Source of the DNA: Selaginella moellendorffii
Taxonomy: Eukaryota; Plantae; Lycopodiophyta
DNA length: 64,000 nt
Direction of reading: 5' to 3'
Assembly (NCBI RefSeq): GCF_000143415.4
Contig: NW_003314261.1
Span: 2,677,266 to 2,741,265 of the forward strand
The translations under genes and the position numbers were made by a program. Positions 46,321-58,709 of this stretch are shown here, in pieces; within the stretch, counting starts at the first letter, position 1, and the number at the start of each line of letters is the position of its first letter. The notes under the pieces were generated by a model, which saw only the letters and a list, made by a program, of their open reading frames with translations, ran no database searches and had not been told where the DNA came from.

Positions 46321-48213
46321 CGAGCATAGACAAAAGCTTGAAACAAAAACACTTTAAAGTGAGCTAACAAACAAGGTACGCTTCTCGCTATAACTTGATC
46401 GGCCACATCGATCGAAGAAATCCAAGTTTTGGAATTCTCGGCAGGCAAGGCTCACGCCTCGATTGGTTTCCAGCGAGTGGCATAAAGATGATCCCGGGAA
46501 GCGTCCACGCTGCTGGAAACAAACTTGCTACTACGAAGAATGGCCATGAGGCTCGTACGTTATGCGGCTTTAATAGACAAGGAGGACCACTCTACGGACA
46601 CAAAAAAACGTCCTTGTGGAATTATATCTTTCTTTTTCCTCTTTTTTCAAAATGTAAGCTTCTCTTTCTCCATCCGTCGAGGTCGAGAACTTTGACAAGG
46701 GAAAATTCCTTTTTTTTTGGTGGGAGCTTCTTTGCTTTCAGACGACAAAGACTTTCTCTCGAGCAGCACTACATTTAGATGGAAGAGACGTATGTGTAAC
46801 ATCCGTAGAGGGTCAAATGACAAGCTCGTGAGTTCATGACTGTGGAGCCCAAAATCACCCAATTCTCTTTTATTTCTAGCTCTTATCTTCCTATTATGTA
46901 TTTATTACATTTCATTTTTTCAAGACAGCAACATAGCATTTTGAAATGGGTTCACCACTTGACAATGTGATCCTTTTTCCAAGAACATAAAAAATTAAAA
47001 AAGAGCCCTGTGGAATCTGTCACTCCACCCACCTTGAGCAAAACGTAGGAACTCTTTTGCCACAAACTCTGCAAACTCTGCATATGTATGGGGCCGAGAG
47101 AAGTGCTCTACTAGGAAGGTAAAACACCACATTGCATCAAACATGGGAGGTTTGACGTCGAAATCTTTGGTAAGTCATAGGTCGCCACCTTTTAAATGCG
47201 CGCGCTCTCTCTCTCTCTAGATAATTAGTGCTAATATAAGTTAGTGGAATGTTCTTTAGAGGAGACTATGGTGAAGATAATAAAATAAGCTTTCATTCTT
47301 TTTCATGCATGGGAGAAGGTACTTATAAGCAACAACACTATTGGGTTTGACTTATAATCGAAAATCTAATCACTCGTCTTTCGCATGGAAGTAAAGTTGG
47401 TGGAGCCCCAGAGCGATAAAAACGAAAAAATGGGCCAGTACGGCAGGGACACGTTACCCGCCGGTGGGGCTCAACAGCAACGGACATGCGCCGTACGCCC
47501 GCATTAAATAATCTGGGCAGGAGACGAGAAGAATATGCGCCTGGAATATACTTGTGAATGTGTTTCTCTCTACTACTAGCGGTCCTCTTCCAGTGATGTT
47601 CGAGTGGCTCGTTTTGCCACACCAAAACAAAATTTTAGGGCTAGAGGGGACGAGGAGGGAGGAGGGGAAAGTGGGGGTGGATTTTGGGCGCTGGCTCGGG
47701 CAGATTCACGAGTGATTCCTTTGCGCGCGAATTCAGGGCACCAAACAACGCAGCACATCGCCTTTGCGACGCGGCTTCGCGGAAGCCGATGCTTGTTGAC
47801 TATGGCGAGATCGCTCATCTTTTTCCTCACGGATTGATGAGAGAAATTCCAGTTTTCTAGGCGATCGGTCGCGCGACGGGCGGCGAGCGCTCGAAATTCA
47901 GGGTTTTGTAGCTACCAGTTCCCGTGGGGTTTGTTTCTTTCTCTTTTCTCCTCCCCCTCTATCCCCGCTTGCTTTCTATTGCTGTTCGTGGGAGGGAAAA
48001 TGTCAATCTCTTTCACCTCCACTTTGTTCTCTCTCTTTTTCTTAGAAGGTTTGGTCCTGGTGGGTTGGATTGGACAGAGAGACTGATGACGATGGGCGCA
48101 ATCTGAGCTCTCCATTCAGGAAGAAGCAGTCTCCAGAGCTCAATCTTCCTCCTCTTCCCCTTACTTCATCCTCATCGCCAGCTTTTACTCGATCGTCATC
48201 AAATCCATCAGTC

Positions 48214-51200
48214 ATGGTGTGCTTGGCTTTCCAAAAGAGCTCCACTGGTGGCGCTCTCGAGCAACGCCACGATGCCAGCAAGATCAATGGAGCAGTGTCA
48301 GACGTCACCCTCCCGGTTCTCGATGATCATCCCAACAATTCGGCTGGCGCAGCCTGTCAATCCAGCCGGAGCAGCAAGAAGATGAGCTTGAAAGCTTCCA
48401 TTCTTTTCAAGCTCACGCTCTTCATTGGAATTGTGGTAAGTGTCCTTTCTTTTAAGTTCTTGCTCGTTGTTTCGTTTTTGATATTTTGTTTTCGCCTGCT
48501 TCTTTATGTTGGTGGCAGACTTATGCAAAGTTTCTCTATCTTTTTCTTTTCATCTTACAGGTCGTATCTTCCTCTGGAGTTCTAGCTGCTGTTCTATGGT
48601 TTAAGACACACCAGCAGCTAGCTGACGAGATTGGCCGGCGCTTGGCAGCAGTCTCGGTTCTCCGGCGGGAGCAACTCAATGACTACTTGCTGGGCGAGAT
48701 CGATAAGATGGTGCTCATCGCTTCCAGAATCCAGATTGTTAACAATCTCGCAAACACGGGAGTTACGCGGGAGACCGCCAAGTATGACCTCCAGTCGGCC
48801 ATCTCTGCCATCTCGGAGATCACGGGTGCTGCTGTCTACAACAAGGAAGGCTCGCTCCACTTTGCGACGAGCAACAACCAGACTTTCAGTCCCTCTCTCG
48901 CCCACCAGGATTATAAGCTTGTGGAGACCGCGCCTGTACAGATCGCTTTCCCGAAACTGCGTGACAAGCTGTGGGAGTATAACATTTCTAGAGCCATTAT
49001 GCTGGTAAGATGTCTTTGTTCTTCCTGGTTTTGGATTTCTTAGCGTGGTTTTGACTTTGCATAGTAGTTATAACCTTTGTTTTTTATTCTTTTCGTGTTT
49101 TGCTCTACAGAATCAGACCATGATAGGAGTGCTGACCGCGTTGATTAATGCGACAACGTTGAAGACGTTAATCCACGACAGAACTGGGCTCCAGAACACT
49201 GGCGAGCTGATTGTCGGGGTGCCTATTGAGAATAAAACTGTGCACCTCTTGTTGCCTCCGCAAGCTCATCCCGGTGTTACGTCGGTTCCTCTCAGTGGTG
49301 CCATGGCCAGTGCTATAGGCGGACTATCTGGAGTTCGACGAGAGCGAGACTATAGAGGAACGGAAGTTATCGTCGCCTACGCTCCAGTTGGATACCTGAA
49401 CTGGGGTGAGCTTGTTGGTTTGGTTTTTTTATTCTGTTCTAAAATCTTTGGTTGACTTGCAGGTCTTCTTGCAAAGCTCGATATCAAAGAAGCTTACGCA
49501 CCAATATCCAACATACAAATTGTTATTGTGGTCACCATAGTGGTGATTCTGGTCGTTGGAATCATCGCTTCTCTTTGCCTTGCAAAGGTAGAAGGAAAAA
49601 CATTTCTTCGTTTATTTTTTTAACGTGCAATTGCAGGTTTTCACCGCACCGATTATCGAGCTTGGGAAAGTAGCAGCGGCTCTTGGGAGTGGTGACATGG
49701 GAGCTCGAGTCAAGAGTAACTCAGCCTGGTTTCGGGATGAAATTCATGACCTGCAGGGAATTTTCAACAGCATGGCAGATCAGATATCTGACCATCACTC
49801 TACGTTGGAGCAAAAGGTTTCTTCGTCGTGTATCTTTTGCTTCTTATAATACTAAGCCTACTGTCTCTAGGTTGCAGAGCGAACGCGAGATCTTGCTCGA
49901 GCAAACGAAATTCTGGCGACCGAGATCGAGGAGAGAAAGCGGATGGAGATGGAGCTACAAATGGCCAAAGATGTAGCCGTCGCAGCTGACAAAGCCAAGT
50001 CGGAGTTCCTCGCAAACATGTCACACGAAATTCGCACTCCCTTGAACGGAATCATCAACTGCACGGAGCTGTGCCTGGACACTCACACGTCTACGGAACA
50101 ACAAGAATATCTGGAACTTGTACGTAAGATCAAGTTCAAGCTTGTAGCTAGATTGATTCGAGTGACCAACTTGGGTGCCTCGTTGTATCAGGTGCGCTTC
50201 TCTGCGAAGCATTTGTTGCGGATAATCACAGACATTCTAGATTTCAGCAAGATAGAAGCTGGAAAGCTGGAGATGGAAGACATCCAGTTCTCGTTGTCTG
50301 ACCAGCTAGAGCACGCTGTGTCAGTTCTAGCAGCACGGGCACACAAGAAAAACCTGGAGCTAGCTTGGAGTGCTGATGCCGATGTTCCTGATCAGATAGT
50401 TGGCGATCCTGGGAGGCTCTTTCAAGTGTTCGTCAATCTCATTGGTACGCAGCGTATCTTTCAGACACAGATTGGATTCGCATCTAACTTTTTAGCGTTT
50501 CTTTCTCTAAAGGTAACGGGATTAAGTTCACGGAGGACGGAGAAGTCGTGGTTCTTGCGAAGCTTCAAAACAAAACCAAAGAAACTGTTGAACTGCTGTT
50601 TTCAGTGAACGATACCGGTAAGTATATACAAGTCGAGCATTTGGATCCATCTAATTGAGTTTTTTCAGGAGTGGGAATCCCGAAGAACAAGCAGTCACTA
50701 CTGTTCCAGGCTTTTTCACAGGTGGATTCTTCCACCACGAGGTAGTTATTTTCCTTGTCCTTGTTTTTGCAAAGGCTTGTTTCTAATGGTTTTTTCTTTT
50801 ACTGAAGGTTGTATGGAGGAACCGGGTTAGGACTCGTGATATCTTCCAAGCTCGCTGCAGCCATGGGAGGAAGAATGTGGGTGGAAAGTGAAGGGCAGGG
50901 AAGTACTTTCTACTTCACGGCTACATTTCATGTCCCTGTATCAGTGCCTGGAACTTCGCCGCCTCTAGGCGTGGAAAGCTTGAAAGACGTCTCCGTCCTG
51001 GTGGTGGACGACAACAAAACGAGCAGAGACATCCTTGTTCGAATGCTCAGGGTAAAAGACTGGCAAGCTTTTGTTTCATTACTTCCACCTCATTTTTATT
51101 TTTCTTTACTCAGGCGTGGGGAATGGTTGTGGAATCCGCAAATGGTGTTGAGGATGCTCTTTCGGCCTTCCAAAGAGCTGCTCAAAGAGGCCAGCCTTTT

Positions 51201-52336
51201 AGGGTCTTACTCCTCGATATGTGGCTGAAAGGGACGAGTGCTACTGACTTGGTAAAGAGTTTACAAGAAAATCCAAGCTTGATCCAGAGCCGGAGCACAG
51301 CGAGACCCCTCAGTGGTGTTAGCAGCAGTTCACAGACTATACACTGTAATAGGCTGTGTAACGGAGACCATGAAGTGGAGCCCGAGTGTCCATCGATATT
51401 GATACGTGGACACAATAAACTCCCCAATGGAATCATCCACAAGCATCGGGGATCACCAGCTCAAAGTCCCAAGTCTCAAGTGGCAGAGCAAAACTTTTCG
51501 ACGCCAAGCGAAGGTACTAAGTGTCTGGACCAAAATCTCAAAGACACTCCAATGCTTCCTATTGTCATGCTTACTTCTCTAGAACACTCGGACGCAGCAA
51601 GGTACAATCTCTTCATTCTTCCTTTTGCTTATTCATGGCATACTTCGTGCTTTTTTCCCAGGTGTAAGCAGATAGGTGTTGACGTCCACACATCAAAGCC
51701 AATCAAACGAGCTCTATTAAAACGAGCTTTAAATGCCGCTCTAGGAATTCCCGAAGATCCTGAAATTGTCTCTCATGAGCCACAGGTAATGCAATGGAGT
51801 TTTTTGTTTGTCTTGATTTTATGCCTGAATATTTCCAGGGAAGATCGCTCAAGCAAATCCCTGAGGGACAATCCAAAGGCCTCAAGATTTTGGTAGCAGA
51901 AGACAATGTCGTGAACCAGCGGGTTGCAATGACACTGCTACAGAAGTGGGGACATGCAACCGTTTTGGCTTGCAATGGTAGCGAAGCGGTCGAGCAATCG
52001 TCAAAAGAGTTTTTCGATCTCGTCTTGATGGATGTAAGTTCTTTCTTCTTCTCTACATTTTTGTTTGACACTTTCTTGTGAAAAATCCAGGTTCAAATGC
52101 CAATTTGCGATGGTTTCCAGGCCACGAGGGAAATTCGTGAGCTTGAGAAGAGCAGTGGAGTGAGAACTCCTATAGTTGCAATGACGGCACACGCCATGTC
52201 CGGGGACGGAGATCGCTGTATAGCTGCTGGAATGGATGGGTACATTAGCAAACCTCTTAACGCGAAAAAGCTAAAGGATTTACTCGAGCTAGTTGCTACT
52301 GGTACGTTAAGGTTGGATTTAGTCATGTATACATAA
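48214..52336 (+). CDS. Hybrid sensor histidine kinase: TM-Cache-like-TM-HAMP-HisKA-HATPase-REC-REC
   Basis: Two TM segments flank [11 protein letters not shown]...[24 protein letters not shown]: [35 protein letters not shown]-box [17 protein letters not shown]; N box NLIGN; G boxes DTG.GI and [11 protein letters not shown]1: VLVVDDN..LLDM..SKP. REC2: ILVAEDN..LMDVQMP..MTAH..SKP. The start codon is uncertain. Confidence 0.9.
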
Positions 52337-52894
52337 CCTCGTTAGCTAGCTTTGATTCCTTATAGCTCAAGAAATTTTGTTTCTACTTTGTAATATATTT
52401 TATATATATATAAATATATATATGCAAATTATTTTCTGTAAGCCACTTTGATTCTTTCCACAGAGGTCACAACAATTCTGGCAGAGATTCCAAATGACAT
52501 GAGTGACACTTATCTATATCCAAAGAATTGTAATTTCCACTCCTTCATTATCATTGCACAAATCTCAACTCTCAACACTATAAACTTTGCAAATTGCTTG
52601 AGATGCTCAGCAGCTGATGTCATGGTCACTAAAAAATGTTAGTCACTTGCTCCAAATATGACATGGTTAATAAATTTCTTCCATAGCATAAGAAAAGAGG
52701 GAAATCTCCATCTTCTCTCTTTTTTCTCTTTAAATGTATAAGTCATACATGCTTACTATTTCCGTTATCCCTGTTTGGCACACTAAAATGTGGCAAAATT
52801 GTGCTTGATATTAAGAGAACTCTCCCATTAAAAGTAAAGGCTTGACATTTTGTTGAACATACTATCATTGAGTATAGACAACCCTTGGAAGTGT

Positions 52895-53043
52895 CAATGG
52901 CAGTAAGTCCTCATCCTCTTAAGAGGCTTAAGCAATTTAAAGCATTTAAATAGCTAAAGCCTAAGGAGCTACAATGACAGCAAATCCTCATCCTCGAGGC
53001 TTAAGCAACTTAAAGCATTTAAATAGCTCAAGCCTAAGGAGCT
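52895..53043. repeat. Two-copy ~75-bp tandem repeat
   Basis: caatg.cag.aa.tcctcatcctc...gaggcttaagcaa.ttaaagcatttaaatagct.aagcctaaggagct at 52895-52970 and 52972-53043. Confidence 0.85.
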
Positions 53044-54693
53044 GTGGAAGGAGAGATTTTCTAGAGTTTTCATAGTGGCTGGAGTAGCAGTAGCAGCAAA
53101 AACAATCACCATTGTTTCATCCACCAGAGCTCTATTTTTGATAAATCATAATAATAAGAACAATAGAGAGAGAAGGGGAGAAGATTCAACTTCAAGATTA
53201 TTGTAGTTGAGGTTGTGGTCAAGCAATAACTATATGCAAATTGATTGTTGGTGTGATATGCTCTACTAAGAAAGTTGTGCCTTGGATGCAATTGTGCTCT
53301 TAGCCATTCTCAGCACTCCAAACACTCTATGGAAAATCCAAACAAAGAAATTAATGTATGGAATACAAAAAGCTGTGTATATCCAATTAGTCTAAAAATT
53401 TTATTTTATATATAGGAGTAAATGGTTTGAATTGAAACCAACTTGACAGTTATCAAAATTTCACTATACTAATAATAGTATATAATATTGTAACTGTATC
53501 TATGAACTTTATATCATCACTTCTTCTCATAAAGATAAAAGGTAATTAGGGTTTTCTTGTTGATGGACGAATATAAAAAAAAGACATTATAGGTGGTGCA
53601 TCTACTTTTTTATCTTTTTATATGTTTCAATTGTTGCATATGTACAATATTTGGAGGATCATTTTATTAAATGTTATGCTAAACACTATAAACTTGCAAT
53701 CTAACTTGCTACAATACTTGATATACTCATTTTTTTTGATAAATAGTTCTTTAAACAAACCAAACTATGTACAATAAAATTAAGAAAATAAACCAACACT
53801 CCACTTTGTGTTCCTTGTATGGATAATGATGAAAGTCATAGTGTTGTTGTTGTTCTACTTGTATATTTAACAAATTTTACTTGAACCAATGGAAAACTCC
53901 TCATCAGATATTGATCCTAGAACTTAATATTGATAACTTTTGACCTCACCTCTATTGGTAATATAGGATTACAATCATATATAAATTTATATTGTGAAGC
54001 ACTAATGGAAGTTTACATCTTTATAATATATGTATATCAGAGAGATGATATATAACCATCTTAATCCAAATATTGAAAGTTCATATACTTTGTGATCATC
54101 CCCTTATTCTATAGTTATATTTAGTATTCATTTTACCTTTTTTAAAAATATCATAAATAAATCCCAATTTATTCTGCCTTTTATAAAAATAATTAGATTC
54201 ATACTATAAGCTAGCTTTTAATTTATCTTAGATATAATTATAAAGGTTTTATGAAGATTGGAGTTATACCAATTTTTTGCACATTACTACATATAAAAGT
54301 GTGAAACTCCCATGGAATTATTGACTTATATAGTATAGTAAACATGATAACATGAGAACCACAAGCCATAACATTATCATCAATTTATGAAATCTTGATG
54401 AATTAAATTAACTTTACCTTTAACCACCGTGAAAATGAAGGACTTCAAAACCTAAATATAGCAAATTGCTACCATTCACAAAAAAATCAACACAAAAACA
54501 TTTGCATTAACACAATCAAAACGTTAAAAGTAACAATGTGTGGCTTTTTATAACACAAGAACAAGCGAAAATAGGAAATGCAATAGACATTAATAGGAAG
54601 AACATATCTGAATGACAAAACACTACCTGTCAATAAATAATAGATTAGGGCGAAACTAAAACTCATGAAGCGATGTGACGACCGAGGGGCGTG

Positions 54694-55019
54694 ATGGCGG
54701 CGGTGCCTGCCAAGGGGAGGCGTCGGATCATTCGACTGGGCGTCGAGCACAACAAGAGGATGATTTTCCTCGCGTTGCCGGAAAGCTGGAGCATTCTAGA
54801 TCTCATGAAGCGCTTGCATCCCCTCACGGGCGTGCCGCGGCGTCTCCAGAAGCTGATTTTCAGGGGTAGTGTCTTCTTTCTTCTCGTCTTGAATCTGTCG
54901 GGGGTTTATGCGAATTAGGGGGCGTGTTCACGATGGATCGCCCAGTGTCGCTGGAGCAAGCTGGATTCTTCGATGGATGCAGAATGATCCTGGTGGTGAA
55001 GGACTGGACAAACGCGTGA
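54694..55019 (+). CDS. Small ubiquitin-like domain protein (~90 aa, 2 exons)
   Basis: Exon 54694-54865 plus exon 54919-55019 gives ...SILDLMKRLHPLTGVPRRLQKLIFRGGVFTMDRPVSLEQAGFFDGCRMILVV, a ubiquitin-fold signature without C-terminal GG. Confidence 0.65.
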
Positions 55020-55358
55020 TTCTTTCCGTTTCAAGGCATCGGGGCATTTGTTTTTTCGGCGATGCCTGTGAAGTCGAAGGTATCTATTCTCTCACTTTTC
55101 TTTGTTTTTTTTTTTTTCCTTCCTCTGGAGACTTGATTTCTTTTTCTTTTGCTCCCCGCAGGCTGAGAAAAGTGGCTCCATACGAGGTACGCCATTGCTT
55201 TAGCCAGCAAAGATTTTCCTTTTCTCACGTTTTGGTGAAACAGAGGTATCCCATGCTTGGAACCAGGTCTGGTTTGAGTTTTTTCGAAGCTAGCTGTTCA
55301 ATATTTCGATCAATTTCTCTTTGCTTTTTTTTTCACTAAGAAAAGCTGCTTTGTGTGC

Positions 55359-56906
55359 ATGGGAAAGCGGCTTATAGATTTGCATCTGAGTTACCTCCGA
55401 GAGCACTACACCAAGCTGGTACAAGAATGCAAGCACCTCGCAGATGCCAAGCGCCTCCACGCACAGATCATAGACGATGGGCTCGGGGACGACGTGTTTC
55501 TCGCGAACCATTTGGTCACCATGTATGGGAAGTGCGGGAGCAGTGACGATGCAGCCAGTGTTTTCAGCACGACCTCTCGTCGCAGCATCAGCTGCTGGAA
55601 CAGGACAATCCAGGCCTTTTGTAGATGCGGGGAAACGCAGCGAGCTCGACATTTGTTCGACAAGCTGCCGCGGTTCACGACAGTCGCTTGCGTTATACTC
55701 ATCAGCGGATACGCCCAGAAGAGGCAGCTGCAGGAGGCCAGAGCTATCTTCGACTCGATGAAGGTGGTGGACTCGGTTGCTTGCACAGCTCTCATGGGGG
55801 CTTACGGCAGCAATGGGAATCTGGAGCAGGCCAGGGAGATGTTTGATCGGGATCCAAAGCACGACTTGGTGTCCTGGAACGCGATGGTCGACGTTCTCTC
55901 CCGGAACGGGCATCTGAAAGAAGCTCGCCAGATGCTAGACAGGATGCCAGTGCACGACGTGATCTCGTGGACGGTCATGGTGACGGGGTATGCCCAAGCC
56001 GGGCATCTCCGGGAGGCGAAAGAGCTTTATGACAGGGTCGCGGAGAAGAATGTGGTGACCACCAACGTTATGGTAACAGCCTATGCCCAGCGTGGGGACA
56101 TGGAAGCCGCGAAGTTTATCTTTGATGGCATGGAGGAGAAGAGCGAGGTGACTTGGAACGCTATCCTGGAGGGGTATTCGCAGAAGGGAGATTGCGAGGA
56201 GGCTATGGATATTTTCAAGCTGATTCCCGTCAAGGATGTGGTGCTGTGGACGACCTTGTTCATGGCCTTTGTGCACAAGGGAGACTTGCGTCGAGCCGAC
56301 GAGATTTTCACGAAGATGCCCGAGCACGACGTTCCGTCCTGGAACGCTCTCCTCGCGGCATACGCGCAGAAGGGACGGGTGGACGAAGCTCACAGCTTGT
56401 TTAGCCGGATGGTCTTTAAAGATCTCATCACCTGGAGCGTGATGATCTTCGGGTATTCACAGCAGGGCGACGGGAGGAAAGGCGTGGAGCTTTTCAGGAC
56501 TCTGGTTCTCGAGGGATTAGAGCCCGACCACGCATCGTTCACGGGACTTCTCTTCTCATGCAGCCATGCCGGCCAGTTCGAGGAGTGCTTCCAGCACTTC
56601 AAGTCGATCACTGGTGACTTTGGCCTGGCTCCCAACGAGGACCACTACAACATCTTTGCGGACATCCTCTCGAGATCAGCGCGGCTCGAGGAGGCCGAGG
56701 ATCTCATCAAAACCATGCCGTTCGAGCCGGACGAAGTGGCTTGGAAGGCGCTGCTAAACGCTTGCAAGACAAACTCCGACTTGAAGAGGGGACAACGAGC
56801 TGCCGAGCAAGCAGTCGGGCTAGAGCCTCACAAGTCAGCATCCTACTTGTTGCTCTACAGCATCATCCACAATGCCCGCAGCAAAGTTTGCTCATCTCAT
56901 CAGTGA
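55359..56906 (+). CDS. PLS-class PPR protein with truncated E domain
   Basis: Intronless. LHAQIIDDGLGDDVFLANHLVTMYGKCG, ~31-aa repeats, then MPFEPDEVAWKALLNAC..SYLLLYS. No DYW. Confidence 0.92.
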   Translation: MGKRLIDLHLSYLREHYTKLVQECKHLADAKRLHAQIIDDGLGDDVFLANHLVTMYGKCGSSDDAASVFSTTSRRSISCWNRTIQAFCRCGETQRARHLFDKLPRFTTVACVILISGYAQKRQLQEARAIFDSMKVVDSVACTALMGAYGSNGNLEQAREMFDRDPKHDLVSWNAMVDVLSRNGHLKEARQMLDRMPVHDVISWTVMVTGYAQAGHLREAKELYDRVAEKNVVTTNVMVTAYAQRGDMEAAKFIFDGMEEKSEVTWNAILEGYSQKGDCEEAMDIFKLIPVKDVVLWTTLFMAFVHKGDLRRADEIFTKMPEHDVPSWNALLAAYAQKGRVDEAHSLFSRMVFKDLITWSVMIFGYSQQGDGRKGVELFRTLVLEGLEPDHASFTGLLFSCSHAGQFEECFQHFKSITGDFGLAPNEDHYNIFADILSRSARLEEAEDLIKTMPFEPDEVAWKALLNACKTNSDLKRGQRAAEQAVGLEPHKSASYLLLYSIIHNARSKVCSSHQ

Positions 56907-58709
56907 CGGCATCTTGTTAAGACTTCGCAACAGCGTTATAAAACTTACACTCAGCCTTCCCTTTTTTACCAAGAGTCAAGAGTCAACGCCCAAGACTCTA
57001 GTTTTGCGATGGCGCATTAGTCAAACTTCACAACATTTCACATTTGTTATAGGTGAGAGCTTAATATTTGAAGAGATTGAGCTCATTTACAATCACTTCA
57101 GGCATCGATCTTACCCTTGCACACAAAGTGCCACAAAACTGTTCCTAAATTATGCTCAGGAAACCTTGATTCGTAAATAGGTAATCTTGTTCCTAAGAAA
57201 ATTTACCTGGAATCGTCCACAACACACTGGGTGACAAACTACGCCTCAACTTTGACGGCCTTCAAAAGCTGTTTTACTTTTTCATAGAATGATAAAACAT
57301 TCATTTGAACTTCCATTCCTAGTGCCAGTGCTGTATGAGATGGCCCTACCTACCAAGACGCATCACCCTTGTGGGTCCATTTTTTTCAAATTGCATATTA
57401 GCCGTCCTTCCAATATCTTGATGTTCAGGTGGGATGGTAAAACATGATGCTTAAGACTGAGAAGGGATTCTTGAAGTGCGTGTCCATAGTTCTGAAAGAT
57501 GAGAAGTAGACATTGTAGATAGCAATGCTGCTCAATGATGAATTAGCCAAGGAAGTGTTACATAAAGTTAGAAGTGCCATGCTTAACAAAAAACTTAGCT
57601 GTGAGAAAAAATTTCTGGGATTAGACTATTTACAAATAAAAAATATTTAAAATTTATAACATTTTTCATATGTTCTTTTTGTTACATATGAAAAAGACTT
57701 ACAATATAAGTTCTATTTGGGTAAATTTTTATATGTTTAAACTTATTGGTAAAACTTTAACAGATTTATATTGTAAATCTAGCATATATTAATCATTTTC
57801 ATACCATTTTTGCACATTAGCTAATAACATTTTTTTTAGTATTCTTCATTGTTATTATATAAAAATATTGTTTAGAAATTTGTATCCCCTTTTATATATG
57901 ACATCAATAAAAATTATTATAGAGTTAAAAAAGTTCTTTAATACTCAAAGTAAAACTACATATTAACTGTGGCTAAAATCTGAAAATAAAATCACAAAAT
58001 AAAACTTAATAGAAAATATATATTAATATATAAAAATATATTATCTACAAAGAAAAGAGACTAGGTATGTGGGAATAAGTAATTATAAAATAATTATTCA
58101 ATTATACACTTTTAGACATTTAATACAATATAAAAACTGTAATTATAAAAAATTACCTTCTTATGGATTATGCTAGAACCTATATGAGTTTGAAGTTTAC
58201 AATCATTGACTTCTTCTCTAGATTTATAAGGAAATTATCTTTTAGTAATTTGAAAATTATGAATTTGACTATAATATAATAATATAAAAATCAGTATATT
58301 GAAGAGTTTAATTTAATAGAGTTCTTAACACCAAATTAAATATTTTAAATATAAAGATCTTGTAGAGCTGAACTAAATAATTTTAAGTTTTTATACAGGC
58401 ATTTATAATCCCAGAAATAAAGAAGGAATAATATTTTACTTTATTGGTTTAGTATTTAACTAAAATGATATCTCTAGTAGTATTATTTTTATTTTATAAA
58501 AAACATATAAGAATCTCAATAACTTATAAAAATTCCAAATATTCAAGTATTAATTAACAAGGTAAATGAAAATTATTGAAAGATTTATGTACTTAATTAT
58601 AATTCTAGATAAGAACGTTTGAAGTTTTAGTGAATGAATATATTATTCATCATTTCTTGGATATGAGATTTTTAAAAAAATATTATAATATTATCATTTA
58701 ATATCTCAT

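Noticed and set aside
53300-54650. AT-rich tract as a possible MITE or Helitron
   Set aside because: No TIRs, TSD or terminal hairpin could be identified by eye.
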